Source of the DNA: Paraspadella gotoi
Taxonomy: Eukaryota > Animalia > Chaetognatha
Length of the DNA stretch: 64,000 bases
Assembly (NCBI GenBank): GCA_051294375.1
Contig: CM119267.1
Span: 6,736,251 to 6,800,250 of the forward strand
Reading direction: 5' to 3'
Positions 40,239 through 52,323 of the stretch are shown here, piece after piece. The notes under the pieces are model-generated. The model was not told the origin of the DNA. It did not search any database and saw nothing but the letters and a program-made list of their open reading frames with translations. Positions within the stretch are counted from its first letter, which is position 1. The number at the start of each line of letters is the position of its first letter. The position numbers were made by a program, and so were the translations under genes.

Positions 40239-41196
40239 ATAATGATGATGATGATATGATGATGATGATAAAGATGATAAAGATGAAGAATGAAATGGTC
40301 ATGACGATGATAATAATTATGATAATGACGATGATGATGATGATATATACCAAGGCGCAAGTTTATTTTTTCATGAATTACGTTTAACAATAAATATTGA
40401 TGAAATATTTCGCCTATTTTCCTATGAAAAATTGGTACAACCAATACAAAAATTATTTATTAATTCAAATTAATTCAAATTCAAATTTATTAATTCAAAT
40501 ATTTAGCAAATGGTTAAAATAACAATCCAATAACTTAAGGTTTCCCAACTTAACTTAAAGACTATAATATAAAAAAAAACATTGGAAAACTCAAAAGGAA
40601 TTCGACTCCGCGAATGGAGGAGAAAGGAGTCATTATATTCAGTTTTAAGTCGACTTTAAGATTCTATTTTTAGTCTTTATTGATTGAAGATCGATCGATT
40701 CCATTCGATTCCATCCCGTCGCTCGTCTTATCTTCCATCTTCAATCTAGATTCAACAATTAATTTTCATTTCCGTCATAAACTTTCTTTTTTTAAAAATA
40801 TATAAATAGAGTATAATGTCTCTGATGTAGTTCAACTGTTTTCTTTTAACCATTTCAAACTCTTTTTCTCTTATTGTCTTAATTTATTCATTCATTCATT
40901 CATTCATTCATTCATTCATTCATTCATTCATTCATTCATTCATTCATTCATTCATTTCATTCCTCCCATCATTCATCCCATCAACCCATCGCTAGTCACA
41001 TTCTCGCCCTTTTAACTTTTCATTTCCTCCCTTCTTTTCTAATATTCTCCCTTCACCTCCTCCCCCCCAACTAATTCCTTTTTTTAAACTCTTTTTTTTT
41101 CTTTCTTTCTCTCCCTTTCCCCGCGCCATCGTTCTTTCTAATTTCTCGCTTCTCGTCCTCGCAAAACCATCAGGCTCCGTCGTCATACGTCAACCG

Positions 41197-41230
<34 letters not shown>

Positions 41231-41992
41231 NNNNNNNNNNNNNNNNNNNNNNNNNNNNNNNNNNNNNNNNNNNNNNNNNNNNNNNNNNNNNNNNNNNNNN
41301 NNNNNNNNNNNNNNNNNNNNNNNNNNNNNNNNNNNNNNNNNNNNNNNNNNNNNNNNNNNNNNNNNNNNNNNNNNNNNNNNNNNNNNNNNNNNNNNNNNNN
41401 NNNNNNNNNNNNNNNNNNNNNNNNNNNNNNNNNNNNNNNNNNNNNNNNNNNNNNNNNNNNNNNNNNNNNNNNNNNNNNNNNNNNNNNNNNNNNNNNNNNN
41501 NNNNNNNNNNNNNNNNNNNNNNNNNNNNNNNNNNNNNNNNNNNNNNNNNNNNNNNNNNNNNNNNNNNNNNNNNNNNNNNNNNNNNNNNNNNNNNNNNNNN
41601 NNNNNNNNNNNNNNNNNNNNNNNNNNNNNNNNNNNNNNNNNNNNNNNNNNNNNNNNNNNNNNNNNNNNNNNNNNNNNNNNNNNNNNNNNNNNNNNNNNNN
41701 NNNNNNNNNNNNNNNNNNNNNNNNNNNNNNNNNNNNNNNNNNNNNNNNNNNNNNNNNNNNNNNNNNNNNNNNNNNNNNNNNNNNNNNNNNNNNNNNNNNN
41801 NNNNNNNNNNNNNNNNNNNNNNNNNNNNNNNNNNNNNNNNNNNNNNNNNNNNNNNNNNNNNNNNNNNNNNNNNNNNNNNNNNNNNNNNNNNNNNNNNNNN
41901 NNNNNNNNGATGTAAAAACATCAGATTTTTTTCTCTTCGTGTTGGAACTTCTCATCTTTGATTAAGACGCGAAAAGATTAGACAAGGCAAAG

Positions 41993-42112
41993 GGGCATGG
42001 CGGAAGGGAGAGTGACGGGGCGAAAGGGCATGGCGGAAGGGAGAATGACGGAGCGAAATGTCATGGCGGAAGGAAGAGTGACTGGGCGAAAGGGAATGGC
42101 GGAAGGCAGGGC
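41993..42112. repeat. 33-bp minisatellite, ~3.5 copies (also in the duplicate near 43778-43872)
   Basis: Unit gggcatggcggaagggagagtgacggggcgaaa. Confidence 0.8.
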
Positions 42113-44260
42113 GACAGGACGAATAGACAAAGAGGAGTAGAGAAAGGGAGACAGGTCGTCTCTTTACAAAATCGAAAAACGCAATCGCTGTCCAGTTGTA
42201 GTGGGAAAAAACATTGGAAAACCTACACAATACACATTACATACTTTGTTTTGACTTACTTTATTCTATATAACTCCCGTTCATCGAACATAAAAAAACT
42301 AAAACCCAAAACTATCGCCATAGCAACCGAACGCTCGCTTCGAGCGGCGTAAACCCTTACCATGGAAACGAGATAACGAAATCTGAATCCGTCGGCTAAA
42401 AACTTTTAAGTCCATCAAAAGAATAACAACAGAAAATCCATACTTTTCCCACGGAGCGCATTTGAGCTTTACTCCTAGGAATTATATGTTTGAGACATTT
42501 AATACGAGAGAGGAGTATATATACTATATAATATAGGAATATATGTGTCTGACAATTGATTGCCTCTTTTTTTTGGCGAGTGTTGTAAGGAAGTCTAACG
42601 GAAAACCGATGTCGCTGGAAATAAAAGTGGAAAAAAATGAAAAAAAAATAATAAAAAATAATAAAAATACACTCCCGGGCCAAAAAAAAAAAGCATCGCT
42701 ACAGTTTACTTAAGGGAGAAAACCGTTGCTATGTGCCTCTATACTTATAGTTATATTTAAAAACATACATCTTCGACATTCTATGTTATGTTTTATTCAA
42801 TCATAACCGCACAATTATTTTTTCAACAAAAAAGGTCGGGTTTCTCTTCGGAGCCAAAGAAAAAAAAAGTCCGATAAATTTGACCCGCCTTCCCCCGCGC
42901 CACGGTTCATTGTCTAGTCTTTCTCGGGCTGCTCGGGGTCCATCCCGCCGACTCCTTAATCGAAATTCACCATCTGTACGGTCCAATTTCGGCGTTCCGA
43001 ACGCCGGATCACCACGGGCTCCAAATCATCAAATACCATCAATCACTACAATCAATCATCAATCATCCCATCAATCATCAATCAATCATCAAATCATCTT
43101 TCTCCTACTCCCTCTCCTCCTCCTCCTCTCCTCCTATTCCTTTCGTCAAAGTGATCAATGCATCTTTTAAACCACGCCTCTCGCCTCGGATGGACGCCGG
43201 GGGCATTTGGGGGAGGCAAAGAGGGTCGGACGGAAGAAGACGAGGAAGAGGAAGCGAGGAGAGGAAAGAGTATTCCTCTTATTTTGGGGGGGCGGCGATA
43301 GGGTGACCGTGAGCGGGAGTTTCGTTGAGAGGGATTCTTCCTCAGTAGAGATGATCAGATCGAGTTCGTTATAGGGAGAATGGTTTAGGAGAACAAAAGA
43401 TCGATTGATCGCAAAACGTAGAGAGCAGAGAGGGAGAGGAGGAGAGACGAAGAGGAGAGAAGCAGCAGAAGAGAGAGGAGGAGAGGAGAGAGAGAGGAGA
43501 GAGAGATGATGAGGGGAATCGAGAGAGAGCGAGCAGAGAGGGAGGAGAGGAGAGACGAGCATACAGCGGGGGGCTTATGGAAAAAACCCCGTCGTTAAGG
43601 CAGGGAAAAGGCTTTAATAAATGTTTATAGCAATCAAAATTACCGAATCTTCTCCACGTGTAAACATAACCCAGTTCTTCTTTTAATTAGATTTTTATTC
43701 CTCTCTAGTAGCCCTGCTTGAATACTTCTTCATCTTTGATTAAGACGTAACGGCAAAAAGATTAGACCAAGGAAAAAGGGCATTGGCGGAAGGGAGAGTG
43801 AGACGGGCCGAAAAGGCATGGCGAGATAGGAAGGGTGACTGGCGGACAAGGGCATGGCGGAAGGCAGGGCGAAGGGCGAATAGACAAAGAGGAGTAGAGA
43901 AGGGAGACAGGTCGTCCTCCTTACAAAATCGAAAAAAGCAATCCGCTGTCCAGTTGTAGTGGGAAAACATTGGAAAACCTACACAATACACAATACACAA
44001 TACACGAATACAAATACATACTTTGTTTTGACTTACTTATTCTCTATATACTCCCGTTCATCTCGAACTAAAAAAAACTAAAACCCAAAACTATCGCCAT
44101 AGCAAACGGACGCACGCTCGCTTCGGACGGCGTAACCGTTACCATGAAACGAGATAACGAAATCTGAATCCGTCGGCTAAAAACTTTTTAGTTCATCAAA
44201 AGAATAACAACAGAAAATCCATACTTTCCCCACGGAGGCGCATTTGAGCTTTACTCCTAG

Positions 44261-46650
44261 GAACAAGTATGTCATTCTTCAGAATCGCTTCCCCCGGGGG
44301 TCGGGGGTGCTGGGGGGCGGCCGCGCGCGGCGGCGGCTCCAGGCGCGTTGTGGTGGCCCCGAGGCAGGGCAAATCCTTACGCCTAGGGGCGGCCCCCTGT
44401 AGCCTCTTTTTGGAGCCCCAAGGGGCCACTCCAGGGGGAATCCCCAGGGCTAGAAAAAACCCGCCCCTGGGGCTAACCCCCAGGGGGATGGATTTTCCTG
44501 CCCCCTGGAACGCGTGCTCTCTCCTCCTATCCATCTCCCTCCCTCTACTCTCTCTTTCTCCTCTCTCTCTTTTTCCTCTATCTATTTTCTATTTTCATCA
44601 TTACAATAAAATATAAAAATAAAAATAATATTTTGACTTCAATTAATCAATCAATGAACCAATAGCTGCACCAATACCAATTTGCATAATTTGGTCACCT
44701 TGATTAATTTAGTCAATTGACATAAATTTGGTCAACTGACATAAATTGCGTCAACTCTGATATAATTTAATCAACTTTTTAAAATTTGGTAAACTTTTAT
44801 AATTTGGTAAACTTTCATAATTTGGTAATTTTTTTATAATTTAGTTAACTTGCTTAATTTGGTTAACCTTCATAATTGCGTAACTTTTTAATTTGGTAAA
44901 CTTTAATAACTTGGTAAACTTTCATAATTTGGTAAACTTTCCATATTTGGTAAACTTTCATAATTTAATCAATTGCATAATTAAATCAACTCGCATAATT
45001 GGTCAACTTGCATAATTTTGGTCAATTTCATAGATTTGTCAATTGGCATAAATTGGTCAACTGGTATAAATTGTTAATTTGCTTAATTTAGTCAACAGTC
45101 ATAATTGTCAACTTGCATATATTTGGTCAACTTAGATAATTTGGACAACTTAGATTAATTGGTCAAATTAATTAATTTGGTCAAAATCAACTTAACAACA
45201 TTGCTAATTAATAATTTTATCTGATAGAAATTAAAAAAAAGAGAGAAATAGAGTGCAAAATTTTTTTAATAATGTTCAAGTAAAAGTAACTTTTGTTTTT
45301 CCATTAAACTTACTTTCATTTTTCTACCCACACACAAAATTTTATCTTAAATTTTATAGAATAAAGAGTAGGATGGTTTTAATTTTTTAATTCACTTATA
45401 AAAAAATAATTAATTAAAAAATATTTAATTGATTAATTAATTAATATCAGTCTTTAAGATCCCATATTAGCTTTAACTCTAATTATTCGTGATTAAATAG
45501 ATGGATTGGAATAAAATTTTGGTGTGGGTAGAAAAGTATGTGATTGAGCTAGATATAAAGTTTTGCTCACTCTCTCTCTCAAATCGTCAGCCTCTACTTA
45601 ACAACGTGAGTTCATCTTAAGCAATCTACAAACTGACGATTATTAATTACAAAATCTTAAATAAAATAAAATTTATTTTACGATGTAGAACTCGTTTAAT
45701 GTTGATGAATAGTTTTTATTGTTTTTTGGGGACTCCATAATTCACTAAGTAGTCTGTCAGTCACTGCCCATTATTTGTTTGGTGATTTATTTAATTTCTT
45801 TTTAAACATCAAATTATGAATATTTTTTTTTAAAATTATGTCTCTCTATCAGTCTATCAGTATATCCATCCAACAAAAAGAAAGAAAAAAAATTAAAAAG
45901 AAAGATAAAAAAAACAAAAGAAGGCAAATGACTGATTAGCTTTTACCAACTAAATTTGTGTGGCTACGTCCTACATTGTTTGTAAAACTTGTTTCTATAT
46001 CTTTTAACTGAAATAAAATAATTGGGTTAAAAAATACCAAATATTATAATTTTAATAAAATATGAGAATTACAAAGAGTAACATAATTAACAATAATTTG
46101 AAAAATATGTATATTTCAATTCAGTTACATAAAAAAGTCTGGAAAGAGAGAGATGAAAAAAAGCTCTATAGAGAGAGAAAAAAAGAGAGAGAAGAGAAAA
46201 AAGAAAGAGTGAATGAGAAAAAGAGAGAGAGAGAAAAGAGAGAGGAAAAAGAAAAAGGGAGAGAGAAAGAGAGAGTAACAGACAGGGAGAAATATTCTTC
46301 AGATATAATAACATAGAAAGTATATTTTCTCATCTAAACTTTGCTCTCTCTTTAACTCGCCCTGGGGGAGCAGTTTTTTGCTCCCCAAGGTTACCCCCAG
46401 GCAGACTTTTTTTGCCCCAGGGGGCTAGCATTAGGGGCGCTCCTTTGTAAAAAAAATTTTTTCTGATTTCCCCTAATAGACCCAAATGTTGGCCCCAGGG
46501 GGAACCCCCCTGGTGCGGCCCCCTGAGGCAATCCAGAAGGGGCGCCCCATCAATGGACCATTTTGGCTGCTCCCCTGGAATAGTCTGCCCCCTGGGGCCG
46601 CCCCTAGGAGCCGCCCCGCGGGGGCGAGGATTTGGGAGATGACATACTCC
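44261..46650. mobile_element. non-autonomous TIR DNA transposon, ~2.4 kb, inserted at a CCTAGG site
   Basis: The empty site ttactcCTAGgaattat is at 42469-42485. The second copy of that region is split at the same CTAG (44257-44260 and 46651-46654). Inverted termini AGTATGTCAT (44266-44275) and ATGACATACT (46639-46648); GC-rich subterminal blocks of CCCCAGGGG/CCCCTGGGG motifs at both ends; no transposase ORF. Confidence 0.75.
44680..45185. repeat. degenerate 18-bp minisatellite inside the TIR element
   Basis: Unit approximately ATAATTTGGTAAACTTTC / ATAATTTGGTCAACTTGC, roughly 25-28 copies. Confidence 0.85.
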
Positions 46651-47251
46651 CTAGGAATTATATGTTTGAGACATTTAATACGAGAGAGGAGTATATATAA
46701 TAGTAGGAATATATGTGTCTGACAATTTATTGCCCTCTTTTTTTTGGCGAGTGTTTTAAGGAAGTCTAACGGAAAACCGATGTCGCTGGAAATAAAGGTG
46801 GAAATAAATGAAAAAAAAAAAAACAAAGCAAATACACTCCCTGTAAAAAAAAGCATCGCTACAGTTTACATAAGGGAGAAAACCGTTGCTATGTACCTCT
46901 ATACTTATGTTTATTTTAAAACATACATCTTCGACATTCTATGTTTATGTTTTATTCAATCATAACCGCACAATTATTTTTTCAACAAAAAAAGTCGGTT
47001 TCTCTCGGAGCCAAAGAAAAAAAAAAGTCCGATAATTTGACCCGGAAAATATCGCCAGTCTCTGGGGGGGGGGAGAGGGAGAGAGGAGGGGGGAAAATAG
47101 AAAGGCTCGGGGGGGGGGGGGAACCGTCCATAAACCAGACAAAAGAAGAAAAGAAAAAAATAAATTCTAAAAAAAAAAAGAAAAGAAAGAAAAAAAAAGG
47201 ATGGATGGGTGGAAATCGTGAGATATAATTTAAAGACGAAAGAAGAAAGTG

Positions 47252-47323
<72 letters not shown>

Positions 47324-47348
47324 AGAGAGAGAGAGAAGAGAGAGAGAG

Positions 47349-47382
<34 letters not shown>

Positions 47383-47789
47383 GAGAAAAATGAGCCGCGG
47401 AAAAGTCGTAGGAGTAGAGGNNNNNNNNNNNNNNNNNNNNNNNNNAAAAAAAAAAAGAAAAGAGAAAGAAGTAGAAAAAGAAAGAAGATTAAAAAAAATA
47501 ATTGATGAAAGTGAGGTAACGGGGAAAGTAAAGACTAAACAACGGATGGAGACGGAGTGAAAAGGGAGAGAAGTAAAGAGGAGAGAAGAGGAGAGAAGAG
47601 AAAATGAATTTGAAGTTTAGTAGAAGAAGGTTTTTTATGTGATATTATGTAATAAATGAATGAATAAAATAAACCTAGTGAGAAGAAGACAAGAAAGAGA
47701 AGTTGTGAAAAGAGAAGAAGAGATAAGAAAGGAAGTCAAAAGAGAAGAGGAAAAAAGGGAAGAAGTTAAAAAAATAAGAGAAAGGAAAA

Positions 47790-48317
47790 GAAGTCAAAAA
47801 GTCAAAAAAGAATAAGTCAAAAGAGAAGAGAAAAGAGAAAAAGTCAAAAGAGAAGAAGTCAAAAGACAAGAAGAGAAAAGAGAAGAAGTCAAAAGACAAG
47901 AAGAGAAAAGAGAAAAAGTCAAAAGAGAAGAAGTCAAAAGAGAAGAAGGCAAAAGAGAAGAGGTCAAAAGAGAAGAAGTCAAAAGAAAAGAAGTCAAAAG
48001 AGAACAAGTCAAAAGAGAACAAGTCAAAAGAGAAGAGAAAAGAGAAGAATTCAAAAGAGAAGAAGCCAAAAGACAAGAAGTCAAAAGAGAAGAAGTCAAA
48101 AGACAAGAAGAGAAAAGAGAAGAAGTCAAAAGACAAAAAGAGAAAAGAGAAGATGTCAAAAGAGAAGAAGTCAAAAGAGAGGAAGTCAAAAGAGAGGAAG
48201 TCAAAAGAGAAGAAGTCAGAAGAAAATAAGTCAAAAGAGAAGAAGTCAGAAGAAAATAAGTCAAAAGAGAAGAAGTCAAAAGAAAAGAAGTCAAAAGAAA
48301 AGAAGTCAAAAGAGAAG
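47790..48317. repeat. 15-bp minisatellite AAGTCAAAAGAGAAG
   Basis: About 30-35 degenerate copies; source of the SKEKK, LLTSS and SFDFF ORFs. Confidence 0.9.
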
Positions 48318-49025
48318 CTTCGTTTCTTCCGTTTGTTGCTTCGAGGATCAAATTTCTGTCGGTGAAATCGAAGACTGGGGGGGGGAAGAAAAGAAAAGAA
48401 AAGAAAAGAAAAGAAAATAATAGACTAGAATAGAGAATAGAGAGGGAAAGGAGGAAGAAGAAGAGAGGCGTAGGAGGGGATGAAGGAGTCGCTGAGAAGG
48501 TTGTGTTCTTATAATAGTTAATTGGTAAAACCAATATAAAAATTATCAATTTAATTAATGAATTAGATATCTTGCCCCTGACTTTGGACACTCCTACATA
48601 CTTTGGACACTCCTACATAGCAGGTCCCTGCAAGCCTTCAATCTCACATCCCTATCATTGAAGTGGTATATTTTTTTAAAAGAATTCTTCAATTGTACAA
48701 ACGGACAAATGTTGCTTGGTTAAAACTAAAAATACTAGTGGGGATAATGTTGTTTATGTTGTTGGTGTTGTGGTTTTTTCTCTGGTTTTCTAGTAGGGTT
48801 TGTTGTTGTTGTTGTTGTTTGCCAAATTGCCGGGGTCGCGGACGAAGGCGACTGAGGGAGACAAAGAAATGGGGTCAGGAACCAGAGTCGATGGTAGAGA
48901 TAGAAAGAAGAAATGAGATGGAGGAAGAGGAATGAAAAGAAGATAGAAAGAAGAATTGAAGGTAGGGTCGGTAAAGAAAAAGGGGGAGAAAAAAAGATTT
49001 AGCAGTAAAAACGGGGCAAAATAAC

Positions 49026-49087
<62 letters not shown>

Positions 49088-49562
49088 GATAATTTGAGAT
49101 TTAATTAGATTAGAATTAGAATAGAGTAGATCAGATAAGATTAGATTGGATCAGTTTATATTAAATTAAATTAGATTATATAAGATTTAATAAGATTAGA
49201 TCACAGGATAGTATATTAGATTTGATTAGTAGAAAAAGGTTACCGATGTAGAATCAAAGTCATAAGAAATAAGGACTGCGTACGAAAAGAAACAGAAGAA
49301 ATGGGGTCATCGGGCAGATTTCTAGAATGTGACGTCACCTACGCCGGTGACGCCGCCGAAATAAGGAATCAAAACGGCGTCGTAAAATGCCATCGACCGG
49401 AGTCGCTATGGCGATAGCAAATGTTTGTTTCTATGCTTCATATCAGTTTGGAGGCACAGCGATGGAGTTAGTTAGAGATCGTTCAGTTTTCGGACAAAGG
49501 AAATTTTATTTTGTTATTAGGTGACATCTTAGCGAGAGAGAGCGCAAGGATGAGAGAAGAGG

Positions 49563-49620
<58 letters not shown>

Positions 49621-50097
49621 TGAGGAAGTTTCAGACACGACTTACCCAGAAAACGCCCCCGCTGTCTGATAAAGAAGTCGACAAATAAAAGGAGCTAAAA
49701 AGTAAAAGGAACGAGGGGAAAGGAAAAGGAAAAGAAAAAACGAAGGAAAAAAAAAAAGAGGAAAATTGATCCGAGAAGGCGAAGAGAATGGGAGAGAGAG
49801 AGAAAGATCGAGGAAAAGAGAGGAGGAAAGAAAAGAAGAAAAGAAAAGAAGAAATGGACAAGAAAAGACGGCCACTTGGAGGGAGGAAGGAAGGGGCGGA
49901 TGAAGGGGGGCGGCGGGGAGGCGTCAACAAAGTTGAATGCATTTTAAGTGGGAATCGAAACGCCCACGTACAAACGCCGCGTGCGGACGATCGGCCAAAT
50001 AAGGAGGGCAGAAAAAAAAAAACAAAAAACAAAAAAAAAGAAAATAAAGTCATGAATAAATGAATGAAATGGAATGAAATTGTTATATGGATTGAGA

Positions 50098-50148
<51 letters not shown>

Positions 50149-50843
50149 GAGAGAGAGAGAGAGAGAGAGAGATAATATAGCTTCGAATTGTCTTTGAAAG
50201 ATATTCTAGAAAATAACAAAAATTCAAAAAACGAATCCCCAATTTCTGGATTTGAGTTTGTGATCTGTCAAGTGGTGATTCGAATCGACGGCGTGAGAGT
50301 CACGGAAAGATTCTCCGTCTCGCGTGAAAATCATAGTCACTTCGACGTAAAAATTCAAGGAGCGAAACGTGACATTTTCCCCGGAGATTAAAGTCAACAG
50401 AATCACAAAGTTTCACGCGGACGTGAAAGTTGAAAGGCGACGATCGTTTTTTATCGTTTTTCACTTTTCACTTTTCACTTTCAGTAACGAAAATTATAGC
50501 TTTTTGTTTATTATCATCAGAATTAGTGAAAGATAATGGTTAAGATGTTAGCGTCATTTAAAAAATTAGGTAAAAGTTCATTGTCAAAATGAAATTCAAA
50601 TCATAAATATAAGAAAATAATTTACAATATACCTATATACCTCATTGTCTATCGATATTATTCTTAGCCTCGCAAAGACAAGGAAAACGACCGTAATAAT
50701 TAAACAAAAATGCTAATTAAAAAAGATCGATTCATTCCGCGCAACGAAACAAAGGAAATGCAAATTTACACAGAAAACAATAACATAAGGCACGAGAGAG
50801 CAAATTGTATCTTTTAAAAAAAAAATTATTCATTCAGCTTATA

Positions 50844-51163
50844 TTTTTTAGTTGCGCCGCGAGTACTAGCGGAGCAACTCTATAAGTCACTTTTCGGTCG
50901 GTCTGTCGGTCGTTATGTCTGTCCGTCGGTCTGTTCTACACTCTCACTTATGTTAAAAATGCATATAATTCGCATATGGATGGTTACTCATTTGTTAAGA
51001 CAGGAAAAAACCTCAAATCTCAGGAACTGCTTGAAAAACCTCGATTCAGTGATAAAAAAGTTTTTTACTCACATCATGACATGTCATATCATGTGATCAA
51101 AAGGAATTATACGTGAAAATAAAATCACTGCAGCGCAGCACATTGGAATAACCGTTCTTGTTT
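50844..51163 (+). mobile_element. HINE element, best-preserved copy (~320 bp)
   Basis: T-run, subterminal repeat AGTTGCGCCGC with nearby partial inverse GCGGAGCAACT (hairpin), (GTCG/GTCT)n microsatellite, 3' subterminal repeat gcagcgcagc, and end TCTTGTTT. This is the architecture of DINE-1/HINE elements. Confidence 0.8.
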
Positions 51164-51257
51164 CATTCAATTTTTTCTCGCTTTTTCTTTACATGTTTTT
51201 GTTTTACTTTTCTACCTTTCTATTGTGTATAGACTTTCGATTTCGTTGTTTATGGGC

Positions 51258-51290
51258 ATTAGGAGAAAAACAATTTTTATTTGTTTTGAC

Positions 51291-51377
<87 letters not shown>

Positions 51378-51512
51378 ACTCAATGTTAAAGAGAAAAACT
51401 TGAATATTGTCAAACACTGATGAAGACTCTAAAAATACAGAGTCGAAACATGTCTGTCAAATTGTCACTAAAATTCGTTGTCAAAACAAATAAAAATTGT
51501 TTTTCTCCTAAT
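51258..51512 (+). mobile_element. Penelope-like element remnant: pLTR with inverted 36-bp tail
   Basis: Perfect 36-bp inverted repeat (51258-51293 vs 51477-51512) flanking a (CT)n tract and a hammerhead motif; AATAAA in the 3' tail. Confidence 0.7.
51414..51457 (+). ncRNA. minimal type I hammerhead ribozyme (Penelope type)
   Basis: ACA-CTGATGA-A-GACTCT-aaaaatac-AGAGTC-GAAA-CATGTC-TGT: intact core, 6-bp stem II, palindromic ACATGT stem III, GUC cleavage triplet (C51454), 3-bp stem I. Confidence 0.75.
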
Positions 51513-52215
51513 ACCTTTCTATTTTACTTCATTTCGTTTCTATCTCTCCTCACCTCTCCAATTTTTTCTCCCTATCTTTTTTATTTTTCTCTCCTCTCCT
51601 TTTCTATCTATATGTGGATAAGGCGTTAAGTGGGCTGAAGTGTACTATCCGCAACTTCTAGGCCCCCTCAACAGCAATGGAACCAGGGTTGAGGGTTTTC
51701 CAGGCCCCCAAGGAGGTCTACGACCGTCTCCACGCTTCCCGCAGGGTAGGTTCCGAGTTGGGATTGACACCTGCACCTAATGGTGATGAGCTGATTGTTT
51801 TACTCAATGAGGCAATGGGTCACGACTGAAGGCGTCATGCTTATAGGCGGGGTGAACTTGTGCAATGACTTTACACTTTACTTTTTACACTTTCTCTTTT
51901 ATTTAACCTCCTCCTTTCCTATCTCCCTAAATATTTCTTCATTCCCTCACCTCATTTCATCTCTTCCCTTCTTCCCCTTCCTTCTCATCTCCCATTTTCC
52001 CTCCTTCCGCCCTCTTCCTCTCCCCTTTCCTTTTATTCTTCTCCCAAATATCTCCTTTTTCAACTTTTGTGTATCGGATTTTTCTTTTCTTTCTCTTTTT
52101 TTATTTTACTCCTTGTACATTTCTTTTATTGGATCTCCCATGGCCGAAGCCATCTTGTTCCTTTCAACGGAGGAAAAAAGGCATTACGGTTTTGAAAAAA
52201 GAATTCAATTCTCAT

Positions 52216-52261
<46 letters not shown>

Positions 52262-52278
52262 CTCTCTCTGCTCTCTTC

Positions 52279-52323
<45 letters not shown>

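Larger units (their letters stand above)
41947..47044 (+). repeat. ~0.94-kb duplication (41947-42886 vs 43724-44260 plus 46651-47044)
   Basis: Colinear copies differing by small indels; the second is interrupted by the TIR element; the region is bounded by N gaps. Confidence 0.85.

Noticed and set aside
44680-45185. CRISPR-like or LRR-coding (NLVNFH) reading of the 18-bp array
   Set aside because: Head-to-tail units without unique spacers, frequent frame-breaking indels, eukaryotic context and no cas genes.
47675-48591. Repetitive ORFs (SKEKK, LLTSS, SFDFF)
   Set aside because: Translations of a 15-bp minisatellite open in several frames; no splice or start context.
50188-50391. ORF with faint positional resemblance to CTHRC1 (HFDVKIQG...IFPG)
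   Set aside because: Lacks the conserved Cys and Trp residues and splice signals; likely over-fitting.
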